From the IMG/VR virus record IMGVR_UViG_3300033145_001841, positions 240 to 64,239 of that record: DNA of 64,000 nt. One strand, written 5' to 3'. Origin of the DNA: a virus (Duplodnaviria; Caudoviricetes). The notes below the pieces were generated by a model. That model ran no database searches. It was not told where the DNA came from and was given only the letters and a program-made list of their open reading frames with translations. The position numbers and the translations under genes were made by a program. This document shows, one piece after another, positions 28,630 to 38,391 of this stretch (position 1 is its first letter; each line of letters starts with the position of its first letter).

Positions 28630-29513
28630 AAGCCCAACAATATAAAATTGATAATGGTGTTGAATTCCAGAAATGTAATGTGTGTGAAAAATGGAAATTT
28701 ATTAGTGACTTTCATAGAGATAAATCAAAGAAACGAGGGTTTAGATATAAATGCAAAGTTTGTACTAAAAAATATGATGTTGATTACTTAAAAAGAAATC
28801 GTGAAAAGCGATCCAAGCAACATAGAGAATGGAGAATAAATAATAGAGATCGGCATAACGAATTGAATTCCAGATGGCGCAATAATAATCTTGAAAAAGC
28901 AAGAGCAAGTGGTCGAAAGTGCTATCATAAACATAAAGATGAACGACGATTGTGGTCAATCGAATATTACATAAAAAACAAAAATAATATTAGACCAAAA
29001 AAGAAAAAATGGAAAATTGAAAATTTTGGAAAAGTAAAAAAAACGAGTGCCATTTATTATCAAAAAAACAAGGAAAGACATAAAAAATGGATGAAGGAGT
29101 ATTATAAAAACAATAAAGACAAATACAGGGAAAGTGCTCGAAAATATTATAATACACCAAAAGGGAGAACATCCTTAAACATTTCTCGTAGAATAGCATT
29201 TACCCTAAAAGGCAAAAAGGGTGGAAGACACTGGGAAGACATTGTTGGATATTCAGTAGAACAACTCATTTTCAGGCTGAAGAAAACAATGCCAAAGGGA
29301 TATACATGGGATGATTATTTAAATGGAGAACTACATATTGATCATAAGATTCCTATTGCGGTTTTTAACTATGAAACGCCAGACGATTTAGATTTTAAAA
29401 AATGTTGGGCTCTTAAAAATTTACAACTTCTTCCTGCGGGTAAAAATTTGTCTAAAGGGGCTAAAATTGATAGGCCTTTCCAGCCATCATTGTTATTGAG
29501 GGCTCAATTTTGA
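28626..29513 (+). CDS. HNH endonuclease, Lys/Arg-rich
   Basis: CNVC...CKVC and LHIDHKIP...NLQLL...NLSKG; AT-rich. Confidence 0.8.
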   Translation: MKAQQYKIDNGVEFQKCNVCEKWKFISDFHRDKSKKRGFRYKCKVCTKKYDVDYLKRNREKRSKQHREWRINNRDRHNELNSRWRNNNLEKARASGRKCYHKHKDERRLWSIEYYIKNKNNIRPKKKKWKIENFGKVKKTSAIYYQKNKERHKKWMKEYYKNNKDKYRESARKYYNTPKGRTSLNISRRIAFTLKGKKGGRHWEDIVGYSVEQLIFRLKKTMPKGYTWDDYLNGELHIDHKIPIAVFNYETPDDLDFKKCWALKNLQLLPAGKNLSKGAKIDRPFQPSLLLRAQF

Positions 29514-32488
29514 AAAAAGATTTAGATCAAATAAAAACAGAAATATTGTCGCGTTTAAATATTCAGAGCGAAATGGAACTGTTAGGTATTAAATTTGTAG
29601 GCAATCCCAATTCATCGGGTTGGATAGTTTGCCGCTCACCATACGCACCTGACAAACACCCCTCCTGTGGGGTTAATATTTCATCCGGATCATATCGTGG
29701 ATATCTTTGCGCGTTCAATGCCAGCGGCTCACGCGGAAAACCCTATGCTGCTTTTTCTTTCTGGGACATCGCTGCGAATTTCCTCCCGGGCGCCGGCGGG
29801 GACTTCGGGCACGTTCTCAAGCATTATGCAAAAAAGACCGGGGTACGATTGAAATCTTACTCACCTCCCAAGGCTAAATATATTGAATTTTCTCAAAAAA
29901 ATGTCGTGAAAGAGGTCAAAAAATACCTGAATGAAAAACGTGGCCTTACAGATGAATCAATCAAGAAATACCACATTGGATGGGACCCAAAACGAGAAAG
30001 AAACACATTCCCTGTTTATGATGAGAATGGTCAGCTTGTCAATATCCGATACCACAATTCCAAAAAAAAACCGAAAACATTTAACCACTCCGGATACGGC
30101 GGCGCCAGGATATGGGGGTTAGATCGGCTGGTAAAGGCTTCCCCGGGCTTGACCATCGCAATAACTGAAGGTGAATGGGATTCAATGATGGTTGAGCAGG
30201 AAACCGGGTTAATTTCTGTTTCCCCTACCAATGGAAAAGAAGCCTTTAAACCGGAGTGGGCAGCGTTATTCAAGGGTTATCATGTGGTGCTTGTATGGGA
30301 TTGCGACAAAGAAGGACGCGAATCAGTGAAACGAACGGTGCTCCCGGTTTTCAAGAAGCATGTTCAAGACGGAAGCGTATTGTCGATAAAGGTAATTTGG
30401 CTGTTCAATGATCCAAAAGATAAAACTCAAAAGGATTTTACAGATTTCATTGTGCGTGCTGGCGGTACTGGGGAAAGCCTCTTAAAGATAATCGAAGATA
30501 CGTCTCCATATGAATATATCACGCCAAAGCATGTCCTACCCGATCCAATTTCCCTGTCATCATTTGCAGAGATAGACAACGATGAATATGTGGGTCGTCG
30601 CGTGACCGTTCCCCTTTATATATATGGCGAGAATTCCGAAGCGTATCATGCGCCCACTGAAGTCAAAGTGACGCATTGCCTGAAAATGGAAAAGAGCCAG
30701 TGTTACCAGAGGGACGATTGGGAATATCAATGCACTGATCCTGTACCTATCTCTACGGGGAACCGAATTTTATTATCAGCGGTTTCCAGCACAGACGCAC
30801 AGCTCAAAGGCGCATTGCGTGATTTCGTTTGCGATAAAGGAACAAGGCCGAACGTTGAAGTTGAAGATAAAAATCGGGTTACGATTCGGGAGAATTTTGC
30901 GCATCAGGTTTTAAGTGAAAGCATTGCAACGGACGCCACGGAATTGGTGGAAAAGCCGGTTTATACCATTGGTGGTGACCTGCTACCCATTGGCCAGTAC
31001 CAGGCCACAGGGTTTATCCATTCACACCCGCGAAACCAGCGGCCCACCATGCTAATTGATAGTTTTGAAAAGCAAGCTGAAGATTGGCAAGCGTTTGATT
31101 TAGATAAATCCAGGCACATGTTGGAACATCTACAAGAACTGAGCCCTGTAAAAATTATTGAAAGTTTGGTGTCAAATGTGACCCGGATTTATGAACGGGA
31201 GGAAATCCACCTGGGAGTGTTGCTTACAATTCTTTCTCCGTTATGGTTGAACATCCCGGGTGAAGGGAAAAAAAGAGGTTGGATTTCTTCGATTGTCATC
31301 GGTGATACGGGCACTGGAAAAACCACTATCTCAGAAAACATTTTTCGTTATGCCGGAATCGGTGCCCGGTTATCCGGCATGACCAGCACGCGGACAGGGA
31401 TCACATATGCCCTTGAATTTAACGAACGGCGTGGATGGCGGATCAAAGCCGGAATGCTACTCAAGATGAGCAAGCAGGCTCTAATTATTGACGAAGGGCA
31501 GGATATTGCCGAGTTCGACCTGAAGACCATGGCAGAGGCGCTGGACACTGGTCAGCTTCAAATTGCCCGGGTGGAATCACGTAAGTTCGAATCAATGACC
31601 CGTTGTTTTTTCAGTTGCAATCCGGTTTCAAATATACCTGGGCGCCAAGCCAATCAACGGACAATGGATTCCTTCCTGTACCCGGCAAGATCCCTAAACG
31701 ATATTTTTCCACAAATGATGTTGAGGCGAATTGATTTTTGCATGTTTGCGGCCAGTGACGACATCAAAGGGATGAAAAAAATATATTCAAAGTTCGATAA
31801 TAAATCTCCAAAGCCTACGCCTGCATTCACCTCTGCAGAATTCAAAGCGCTTGTGTATTATGCGTGGACGCTCTCCTCGGACCGAATACGGATATCCGAC
31901 GATATTGCCAGAAAAATCAGAGCGGAGTCATTGCGCATGACGGATAAATTTGGTCAATGTGCAGACCTGCCGATTGTTTATCCTCAAGATTTTAGGCACA
32001 CGCTTGCCAGGCTTGTTGTGGCTTATGCTGTTTTGGATTTAGCATCAGACGACGACTTTCAAACCATTACACCAAATGAGACACATATTGCAACTATATG
32101 CCGCCTGTTGGATGCCATTTATTCTGCTGATAATTGCCGCTTGGATGCATACTCAAATCAGTATGCAAAGACCCATCAATTTTTAAATCCGGAAGAGGAT
32201 ATTCAGAAATTAAAAGATCATCTTCTTGGGTCTGAATCTCGCACATACCGCGTGAAGAAAATCCTTGAAGAATTGGTTGAACTGGATCCGAATGGAAGAC
32301 AAAAATTACAGCAAAGATACCTTGCGGATCTGTTCGATGTTCACCGTGAGACCATCCTTGAGGACCTGAAACCTTTCGTAACCATGAATTTAATCAAATC
32401 TGTCAGGGGATATGTACCGACAACTCGTTTAATTCGGTTGTGGTCGTATTTATTGAAAAACAAGAAAAATTTTTGGGAAGAGGTGTAA
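29510..32488 (+). CDS. primase-helicase: TOPRIM domain fused to MCM-like AAA+ helicase
   Basis: ITEGEWD and WDCDKEG (TOPRIM); IGDTGTGKT, LIIDEG, SCNP and LRRID (MCM-type AAA+ motifs). Confidence 0.8.
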   Translation: MKKDLDQIKTEILSRLNIQSEMELLGIKFVGNPNSSGWIVCRSPYAPDKHPSCGVNISSGSYRGYLCAFNASGSRGKPYAAFSFWDIAANFLPGAGGDFGHVLKHYAKKTGVRLKSYSPPKAKYIEFSQKNVVKEVKKYLNEKRGLTDESIKKYHIGWDPKRERNTFPVYDENGQLVNIRYHNSKKKPKTFNHSGYGGARIWGLDRLVKASPGLTIAITEGEWDSMMVEQETGLISVSPTNGKEAFKPEWAALFKGYHVVLVWDCDKEGRESVKRTVLPVFKKHVQDGSVLSIKVIWLFNDPKDKTQKDFTDFIVRAGGTGESLLKIIEDTSPYEYITPKHVLPDPISLSSFAEIDNDEYVGRRVTVPLYIYGENSEAYHAPTEVKVTHCLKMEKSQCYQRDDWEYQCTDPVPISTGNRILLSAVSSTDAQLKGALRDFVCDKGTRPNVEVEDKNRVTIRENFAHQVLSESIATDATELVEKPVYTIGGDLLPIGQYQATGFIHSHPRNQRPTMLIDSFEKQAEDWQAFDLDKSRHMLEHLQELSPVKIIESLVSNVTRIYEREEIHLGVLLTILSPLWLNIPGEGKKRGWISSIVIGDTGTGKTTISENIFRYAGIGARLSGMTSTRTGITYALEFNERRGWRIKAGMLLKMSKQALIIDEGQDIAEFDLKTMAEALDTGQLQIARVESRKFESMTRCFFSCNPVSNIPGRQANQRTMDSFLYPARSLNDIFPQMMLRRIDFCMFAASDDIKGMKKIYSKFDNKSPKPTPAFTSAEFKALVYYAWTLSSDRIRISDDIARKIRAESLRMTDKFGQCADLPIVYPQDFRHTLARLVVAYAVLDLASDDDFQTITPNETHIATICRLLDAIYSADNCRLDAYSNQYAKTHQFLNPEEDIQKLKDHLLGSESRTYRVKKILEELVELDPNGRQKLQQRYLADLFDVHRETILEDLKPFVTMNLIKSVRGYVPTTRLIRLWSYLLKNKKNFWEEV

Positions 32489-32505
32489 ATGTGCAAAAAC
32501 CGTTC

Positions 32506-32960
32506 GCTATGTCGGGTCACTCTATCACCTTAGATGTTAATAGGTTATGTAAGAAATGGGGGGGTACGACCCGACATAGTGGAGAAAGACCCCTAATACC
32601 CACCCCTATTATTAATTTTGAAAAAAATCTATCTCAAAAACGCTCTCTAGGCGGTTGTCGATTTTTAGAACTTTTTTTAGGGGTATACCACCCCTTCGGC
32701 CACTATGTCGGAAATTTCAGTCAAAAACAGGCGTTTTTACCTTCTTTCTTTAATAAATATATTGGTTTACGTCAAACCCGACATAGTGGCCTATGCCGGG
32801 TCTAAAGATTTTTTAAATAAAAATATTTCTCGGTATCCCCTAAATGGATTCACTATGCCGGGTTAAAATAAAAATATTTCTCGGTATCAAGGAATTCCAC
32901 ACGTTATGCCGGGTTTAAGAAAAAATTCAGTATCCCTAAATCACCGAGGCTATGCCGGAT
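32506..32960. repeat. iteron-like repeat cluster / candidate replication origin
   Basis: About eight copies of (C)TATGYCGG in both orientations, plus AATAAAAATATTTCTCGGTATC x2, in an AT-rich gap after the helicase. Confidence 0.6.
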
Positions 32961-33444
32961 GAAAATCGGAAATATCATTGAAAACGTGGAAGAAATTGTT
33001 CCAGAAAATATGGGCGAAAAGGCCTTGGACCATCCGCCCATATTTTCAAAATCAATGTATGAAAACGCCATTGTTTCGTCGATAAGAAAATTGGATACAG
33101 CAAACATTTTATTTGGCAATATTTCGAGTAAGCAACGAAAGAAACTTGAGACACTTGAAGGCAATATTCATAGGGCTATTGAGAATGGTGATGAACGTGA
33201 ATTCCGTGGTTCAATTAAGCAATGGCAAGAAATTTATTTATCTACATCAAAGAATGAATCGCAAGAACGAGTTGGCGATGAGCCATCCATCAGGTGCCCA
33301 TACAGAGGCAAGCCCAGGCCGGTCCATCCGAGTGTTTGTGAATACCACAGAACAGAAGAGGATGAGGTGTGTAGTGGATTGAAATGCCCACGAATCAAGT
33401 TGGGGCGGGGGATGAATAAGAACGGAGATTCAAACAATGCCTAA
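32959..33444 (+). CDS. hypothetical protein
   Basis: ORF with a Cys-rich C-terminus. Confidence 0.5.
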   Translation: MKIGNIIENVEEIVPENMGEKALDHPPIFSKSMYENAIVSSIRKLDTANILFGNISSKQRKKLETLEGNIHRAIENGDEREFRGSIKQWQEIYLSTSKNESQERVGDEPSIRCPYRGKPRPVHPSVCEYHRTEEDEVCSGLKCPRIKLGRGMNKNGDSNNA

Positions 33445-34036
33445 ATGCAGATATTGCCAAACAGCGCTATCCGGACAGGGGAAACAAGTCTGTTCATCCG
33501 TCGAATGCCAGGAACGGATGAAGCGAGAACGAATGATGAAAGGCCGGGAAAATGCCAAGGCGCGAAACGATAAAAAAAGAGAAAAACGCCTGCGAGAGAA
33601 TCCGGTCCACTGCGTTCGCTGTGGGTTGCTCTTCACTCTGGAAGACAGTCTGAAATCTCCCGCGTGCCATCACCCAGATTGTCAAAATTGGTGGGCGAGC
33701 GAGGTGATCCGCCGGAGAGAAGTGCGACAAGCGGCAAATGCGAAAAAGAAACCAAAGAAGCGTAGGGTGGTCCAGGCCCCACATGATTCCAGGGAGATCC
33801 CACCGGAGGAGTTCTTTTCTCAAGCGATTTACGACCGTGAACAAGCGGCAAATGCGAAAAAGAACAAACGAACGTGCATGGGCGACAACTGCAACAAGTC
33901 GACCTTCGGGCCAAACCATTTTTGCGACACCTGCCGGGCAAGGAATTTCAGGATTGCAGACGGGTCGCTGACGGACGGGCATTGGGGTGGCGGAGATGGG
34001 GATAAACGGCGGGCTTTTCAGGGGGTGTTGGGATGA
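33437..34036 (+). CDS. multi-zinc-finger protein
   Basis: CRYC, CSSVEC, CVRC and CDTC motifs. Confidence 0.6.
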   Translation: MPKCRYCQTALSGQGKQVCSSVECQERMKRERMMKGRENAKARNDKKREKRLRENPVHCVRCGLLFTLEDSLKSPACHHPDCQNWWASEVIRRREVRQAANAKKKPKKRRVVQAPHDSREIPPEEFFSQAIYDREQAANAKKNKRTCMGDNCNKSTFGPNHFCDTCRARNFRIADGSLTDGHWGGGDGDKRRAFQGVLG

Positions 34037-34064
34037 AATCGTTTTACATCAAGGAGGCAAGGGC

Positions 34065-34385
34065 ATGAACAGGAATGATTTTGATAGGCTGGTGGTTCGG
34101 CGATGTGAAAAATCTAAAAAAGTTTTGGCGGGTAAAGCATCAGAATATGCGTCAACGGATGATCGGTTTCACAATTTCCATGTTGCGGCAGCGGCAAAAG
34201 GGGAAACCCCGGAAGAAGCCCTCTGGGGAATGTATATGAAACATTTCGTGAGCGTGCAGGATATGGTTCAAAGCGACGCGACCCCAACACAGGCATGGAT
34301 TGATGAAAAGATTGGGGATTCCATCAATTACCACATACTGCTTGAGGGGTTATTTACAACGGAGGTGAAAAACATGGATCCTTAA
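34065..34385 (+). CDS. phage all-alpha protein (nucleotide-modification-associated / DUF1599-like)
   Basis: KASEYA...DRFHNF...KH...EKIGDSINY. Confidence 0.6.
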   Translation: MNRNDFDRLVVRRCEKSKKVLAGKASEYASTDDRFHNFHVAAAAKGETPEEALWGMYMKHFVSVQDMVQSDATPTQAWIDEKIGDSINYHILLEGLFTTEVKNMDP

Positions 34386-34448
34386 AATTATATCTCGTCT
34401 AATATTTAATAATGCCAAAACGCTAAACCAAAAGAGGAGATAAGCAAA

Positions 34449-35171
34449 ATGGCGAAAACAATAAAAAGTTACACGATAAAAGTGGTGGGGGAAGCTGAAA
34501 GCCCCTTCCGTGGTGCTGTCCCGGAATCAATTGAATCTCTCATTAAGAAGCCGTCAAAAGACGTGGCAAGCCTGATCTACCAGGCGGTCAAAGCTCAAGT
34601 TGAAATGTGTACCCAGGCGGGGGATGTTGCGGGTGCATGGGAAGCGATTAAGAAATATCAGTCAGAGCAATTTCAGTATTCATGTCCGTTAAATACATTC
34701 AAACGAGATCATCAAAATGGTGAGCGTCCATATCAAGGAGCACATACGGTTTTCGGTGCTTTTCGTGATGGTGCTCGGTTTATCTTCCCTGAATTTTTCT
34801 ATGAAAAAGGCATTACAGGTGGAACAAAACGGCCCTCAAAGACACACCTGCGAAAGTTCGTCATTGTCCGGCCCAATCATATCTTTTTTTACAGGCCGGA
34901 TTTAGCAGGTGAAATTATTACGGAGCCGGATTCTGTTGAAGGCCAACAGCCGGTTGCTGATGTCAAGGGGTTCGCCCGGTATGAAGTAATCAACAGCCCT
35001 TTTCAGTTCCAGTTCCAAATATCAGTCAACCCCAGGGGCATGTACGAGAAGTTTTTGAGCAACCAGGATAAGGCGCTTGACGCCTTACACCAGGGGGTTA
35101 ATCATGGCTTGGGGGCTGGCAGGAGCGCTGGATATGGCATGTGGAAGATCGTTAGCGCGGAAATATTATAG
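34449..35171 (+). CDS. stand-alone RAMP / Cas7(Csm3)-like protein 2
   Basis: N-terminal strand IKVVGEAESPFRG, PYQGAHTVFGAFRD, ARYEVI and the classic RAMP G-loop GLGAGRSAGYG at the C-terminus. Confidence 0.75.
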   Translation: MAKTIKSYTIKVVGEAESPFRGAVPESIESLIKKPSKDVASLIYQAVKAQVEMCTQAGDVAGAWEAIKKYQSEQFQYSCPLNTFKRDHQNGERPYQGAHTVFGAFRDGARFIFPEFFYEKGITGGTKRPSKTHLRKFVIVRPNHIFFYRPDLAGEIITEPDSVEGQQPVADVKGFARYEVINSPFQFQFQISVNPRGMYEKFLSNQDKALDALHQGVNHGLGAGRSAGYGMWKIVSAEIL

Positions 35172-35175
35172 GTTT

Positions 35176-35895
35176 TTCGTTGTGTGCCATATTATTTGAC
35201 TTAATTGGATACCGTGCAATAGAATAAGGTCATATATGTCTTAAAGGTATAATGAAATAGGGTGGTGTAGAATAATTAGCTTGCTGTTTTTTTCCATTGT
35301 GTCCATTGGGGTTTCATTAGGTTCTTAATATAGCATCTTGTTTTGTCCGTTGAGTTCCCGTGCCGTGTAGTGGCGTGCGATTTAATAATCATCACTTCAC
35401 ATACGATAACATAAAGTGCGATGCAGTGGCGTTACATGGTTTCATATCATACCATCGCGTTCCATAGGTAATGCGTTGTTGTATGGTCCTATGCAATACC
35501 GTCATTTCGGTTCATATCCGGTTCTGTAAACATGCGGTTATATGCTATGATGATGCAAGGTCAACGATGGAATTTTTTGCTGTTTGGCCTCGTACGGTTG
35601 GGTTGCGCGAAATAACATAGGATCTGATGCTGTATATAGTGTTCTTTCAGTTGCAATTTGATTAGGTGCCATCCCATGCGATATGATAAAATTTCATTGC
35701 CTTTGCAAAATGGTGTTTTATTGGTTCCAATCTTGTGGTATACAGTGCGATGCAATACTTATTTAGTTCGATGTTCTTCAACTCGATTCGATATGGTAAA
35801 TATTTCAATGCGAAAACATATGATTCCATGTGGTCGCCTCATGTTCGGTACGATGCAGTGCTTACACAAAATAAAATAGAGCTGTTCCGATGTAA
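35176..35895 (+). repeat. cryptic 5-nt-period array (NNN-RT)n; candidate guide-RNA locus
   Basis: In-register runs of pentamers ending GT/AT: 35176-35235 (11 of 12), 35398-35437 (8 of 8) and 35653-35697 (9 of 9), with occasional register slips. Confidence 0.8.
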
Positions 35896-35932
35896 GCGAA
35901 TTCTAAAACTTTCACGGAAAGGGGGTGAGAAT

Positions 35933-36160
35933 ATGAGTGAAGTCAGAGAAATCATGATCGAAACCATGAAAGGCGTTCGTGACGGTAGTTGCCCACTGGA
36001 TACCGCAAAGGAAATCCATCTGGCTGGCCACAGGGCCGTCATGGATGTTTACGCAGGTTGTAAACAAAAACGTATGGGGATTCAAGCAAAAGTCACATTT
36101 AAAGCACTGGAAGCCATGAGGCAGGTAAAATCCAATAAAGATGAGATGCAAAAAATATAG
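35933..36160 (+). CDS. small partner protein between NNN-RT arrays
   Basis: GGGGGTG RBS then MSEVREIMIETMKGVRDG..., 75 aa. Confidence 0.6.
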   Translation: MSEVREIMIETMKGVRDGSCPLDTAKEIHLAGHRAVMDVYAGCKQKRMGIQAKVTFKALEAMRQVKSNKDEMQKI

Positions 36161-36168
36161 CATCATTT

Positions 36169-36246
36169 TTGATTTTGTTTCGTGTTGTGGGATAACATAT
36201 GATCGGATATCATGACATGATTCGAGGATGGGGTGGTGCCATGGGT
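36169..36246 (+). repeat. second (NNN-RT)n array
   Basis: TTGAT TTTGT TTCGT GTTGT GGGAT AACAT ATGAT CGGAT ATCAT GACAT: 10 consecutive units at 36169-36218. Confidence 0.8.
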
Positions 36247-36315
36247 AAAATTGACCCATCAGCTAACAAGATGTTGGTGTTGTTCCCACGGGGGTGGGGA
36301 TGAGTCGATGGCCCT

Positions 36316-36552
36316 CTACAGGAGCTTGACAAGAGCGGCAACGATGGCGATTGACGCGGCGGAAATCGCGCCCATACGCATTGTGAGACGCGCCTCAAGC
36401 TCTTTCAGATCTATTTTGGTTGCAAGGTCTGCAATGGTAGTTTCATGGGATTCCTTGAATGCCTCAGAGATGGCTTCCGCCTGTTCTTCCGCAAAGCCGG
36501 ACGCTTTTAACCTTTTAACAAATTTATGTGTGTCGAACGTGATGGTAGTCAT
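36316..36552 (-). CDS. DUF1640/CCDC90-like coiled-coil membrane protein
   Basis: FDTHKFVKRLKASGFAEEQAEAI...LATKIDL and a C-terminal TM helix. Confidence 0.85.
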   Translation of the reverse strand: MTTITFDTHKFVKRLKASGFAEEQAEAISEAFKESHETTIADLATKIDLKELEARLTMRMGAISAASIAIVAALVKLL

Positions 36553-36610
36553 AATATGAACCTCCTGAAACAAAAATATAGCGGATCACTCAAAACGTCA
36601 ACATTTTTTG

Positions 36611-36639
36611 TTGACAACCGCCTAATCCACGAGTATTCT
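36611..36639 (+). promoter_or_regulatory. sigma70 promoter of the antirepressor unit
   Basis: TTGACA-17 nt-TATTCT, followed by a structured leader. Confidence 0.6.
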
Positions 36640-36884
36640 TGCGTTGCCGTGGCATAATCCACGGCCCGGATTAGAAAGCCGGAATACTCGTAAGGTGCGC
36701 AAGCGCCTAAACCATAGAGCGCTTTTTTTATGCTCTGTGAACCCTTGGCGGGTTGTGCGCGGGAGCCTTCGGGCTCGCCGGTTTCCTTACGGGCCGGTCT
36801 TTCTAACCGTGTGCATCCCGCCTTTTTTTATTAGAAAGAAGAAAAGGCGGATCTCTTCCAACTCTTCACGTAAGGAGGTTCGTC

Positions 36885-37721
36885 ATGAACAAACCCACCA
36901 GCCCGTCCACCGATCTTATCCCCATCAACTCGAATATGGGAGGCAAGCGCACGGTCAATGCGCGAGATTTGCATGAATTCCTGGAATCCAAGCAAGACTT
37001 TTCCACATGGATCAAGAAGCGAGTCAAACAATACGGCTTTCTCGAAAATCTTGACTTTCTCATTATCCCAAGTGCTCCACAAAAAAATGGAGCGCTAAAA
37101 TCAACAACTTACGGACAGTCCCGAATCGATTACCACCTAACCATGGACATGGCCAAAGAGCTGTCCATGGTCGAGCGAACAGAGAAAGGACGTCAGGCCA
37201 GACGGTATTTCATCCAATGTGAGAAAATCGCCCGTGGTCAGGCCCAGCCCCTTGCCGCTCCAACCCCGGCACAGATCCCCGCCAAAATCGAAACCCTCAC
37301 CCCGGTCCAGTGGACCGAAGTCAAAAAACTGGTCTTAGGAAAAGCTCAGCGAAATGTAGGCGATAAAAAACCGACCAAAAACGATTACATCAAAATCTAC
37401 CGGTCCATCAAGGAAGAATTTCAGGTTGCCAAAAGCTCAGACGTGCCACAGACACGGTTCAACGAGCTGCGGGCCTTTCTCGGAGACGCATGGAGCGTAG
37501 TGCCCCTTGAGGATGAGGACATCTCAAACGCCTACCTGTACGTGCTGAAACAGGACGCCGAGCATGCTGTCGGATATATAATGGAGCGTATGAACAGCAT
37601 CATGACCGAAATGCTGAATATTTCAAATGCGGTTGGCGTGGTGTTCCCGGAAGAGCTGAAGGCGCAAGGCAACCGTGGCTTCGTGCCCGAACGCGTGATG
37701 ACGGAAGGGGGTGTGTTATGA
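36885..37721 (+). CDS. AntA/AntB-family antirepressor
   Basis: VNARDLHEFLESKQDFSTWIK...DYHLTMDMAKELSMVER...GRQARRYFIQCE. Confidence 0.92.
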   Translation: MNKPTSPSTDLIPINSNMGGKRTVNARDLHEFLESKQDFSTWIKKRVKQYGFLENLDFLIIPSAPQKNGALKSTTYGQSRIDYHLTMDMAKELSMVERTEKGRQARRYFIQCEKIARGQAQPLAAPTPAQIPAKIETLTPVQWTEVKKLVLGKAQRNVGDKKPTKNDYIKIYRSIKEEFQVAKSSDVPQTRFNELRAFLGDAWSVVPLEDEDISNAYLYVLKQDAEHAVGYIMERMNSIMTEMLNISNAVGVVFPEELKAQGNRGFVPERVMTEGGVL

Positions 37722-38242
37722 CAAATTACATCCCAGGAATGATAGTAAGGCAAAGGGCTATTGATTGGTGGCCGTACCTCGGAACGATTATTAACCGGGT
37801 CAATAAGGCAGCTGAAGAAAAGAATATCGAAGTTCTGCATGAGATCTTCCTTGATACCGCCGTTGCTGTGCAAAAAACCCGGAAGGTAACCACCGTAGCT
37901 GGGCTTGAGCAAGACCTTAAAGAAAAGCTACATCGGCATAAAAAGGCCGTTAGGGAGCTTGCAGCAAGAAAGAGAGTCATCAAGACCGGGATCGGTATTC
38001 GTGGAAAGCCACTAAAAGAGATCACCTTGAAAACGTATCGCAATGAAATAGCATGGTATGTAACTCGAAAAAACAAGGCGAAGGCAGAAGTCCGCCAGCT
38101 GGCAAAAACCATCAAGAAGTTTTCTTGTGCCCGGGGCAAGCTCGTTGTTCGTGGCGATGTTCCCTTTCGGGTGATTTTTGGGGGGAAACATCCTGCAAAG
38201 CTGGATGTTAAATTTCAACAAGGATGGAGCAAAATCAGGTGA
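37718..38242 (+). CDS. hypothetical basic protein
   Basis: ATGA overlap with the antirepressor. Confidence 0.55.
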   Translation: MTNYIPGMIVRQRAIDWWPYLGTIINRVNKAAEEKNIEVLHEIFLDTAVAVQKTRKVTTVAGLEQDLKEKLHRHKKAVRELAARKRVIKTGIGIRGKPLKEITLKTYRNEIAWYVTRKNKAKAEVRQLAKTIKKFSCARGKLVVRGDVPFRVIFGGKHPAKLDVKFQQGWSKIR

Positions 38243-38391
38243 ACATGGCTAACTCAGCGCCACGAGGTGAACCGTTCTCATGGTGGGGGATGATAACATG
38301 CCCGGGGATAGCCTGACCAGTAAACCCCAGGGGCCCGGACCCTTCCGGGTCCTTGGGGAAGGGGGCGGTGCCGGCGGGTAAACGAACTGTT

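Noticed and set aside
33727-33864. 24-bp direct repeat ACAAGCGGCAAATGCGAAAAAGAA
   Set aside because: In-frame internal duplication (QAANAKK) within a coding sequence.
35561-35932. Short ORFs 35561..35755, 35658..35879 and the 5' extension 35735..35932
   Set aside because: No RBS or recognisable motifs, and they lie in DNA with 5-nt rather than 3-nt period. The credible start is 35933.
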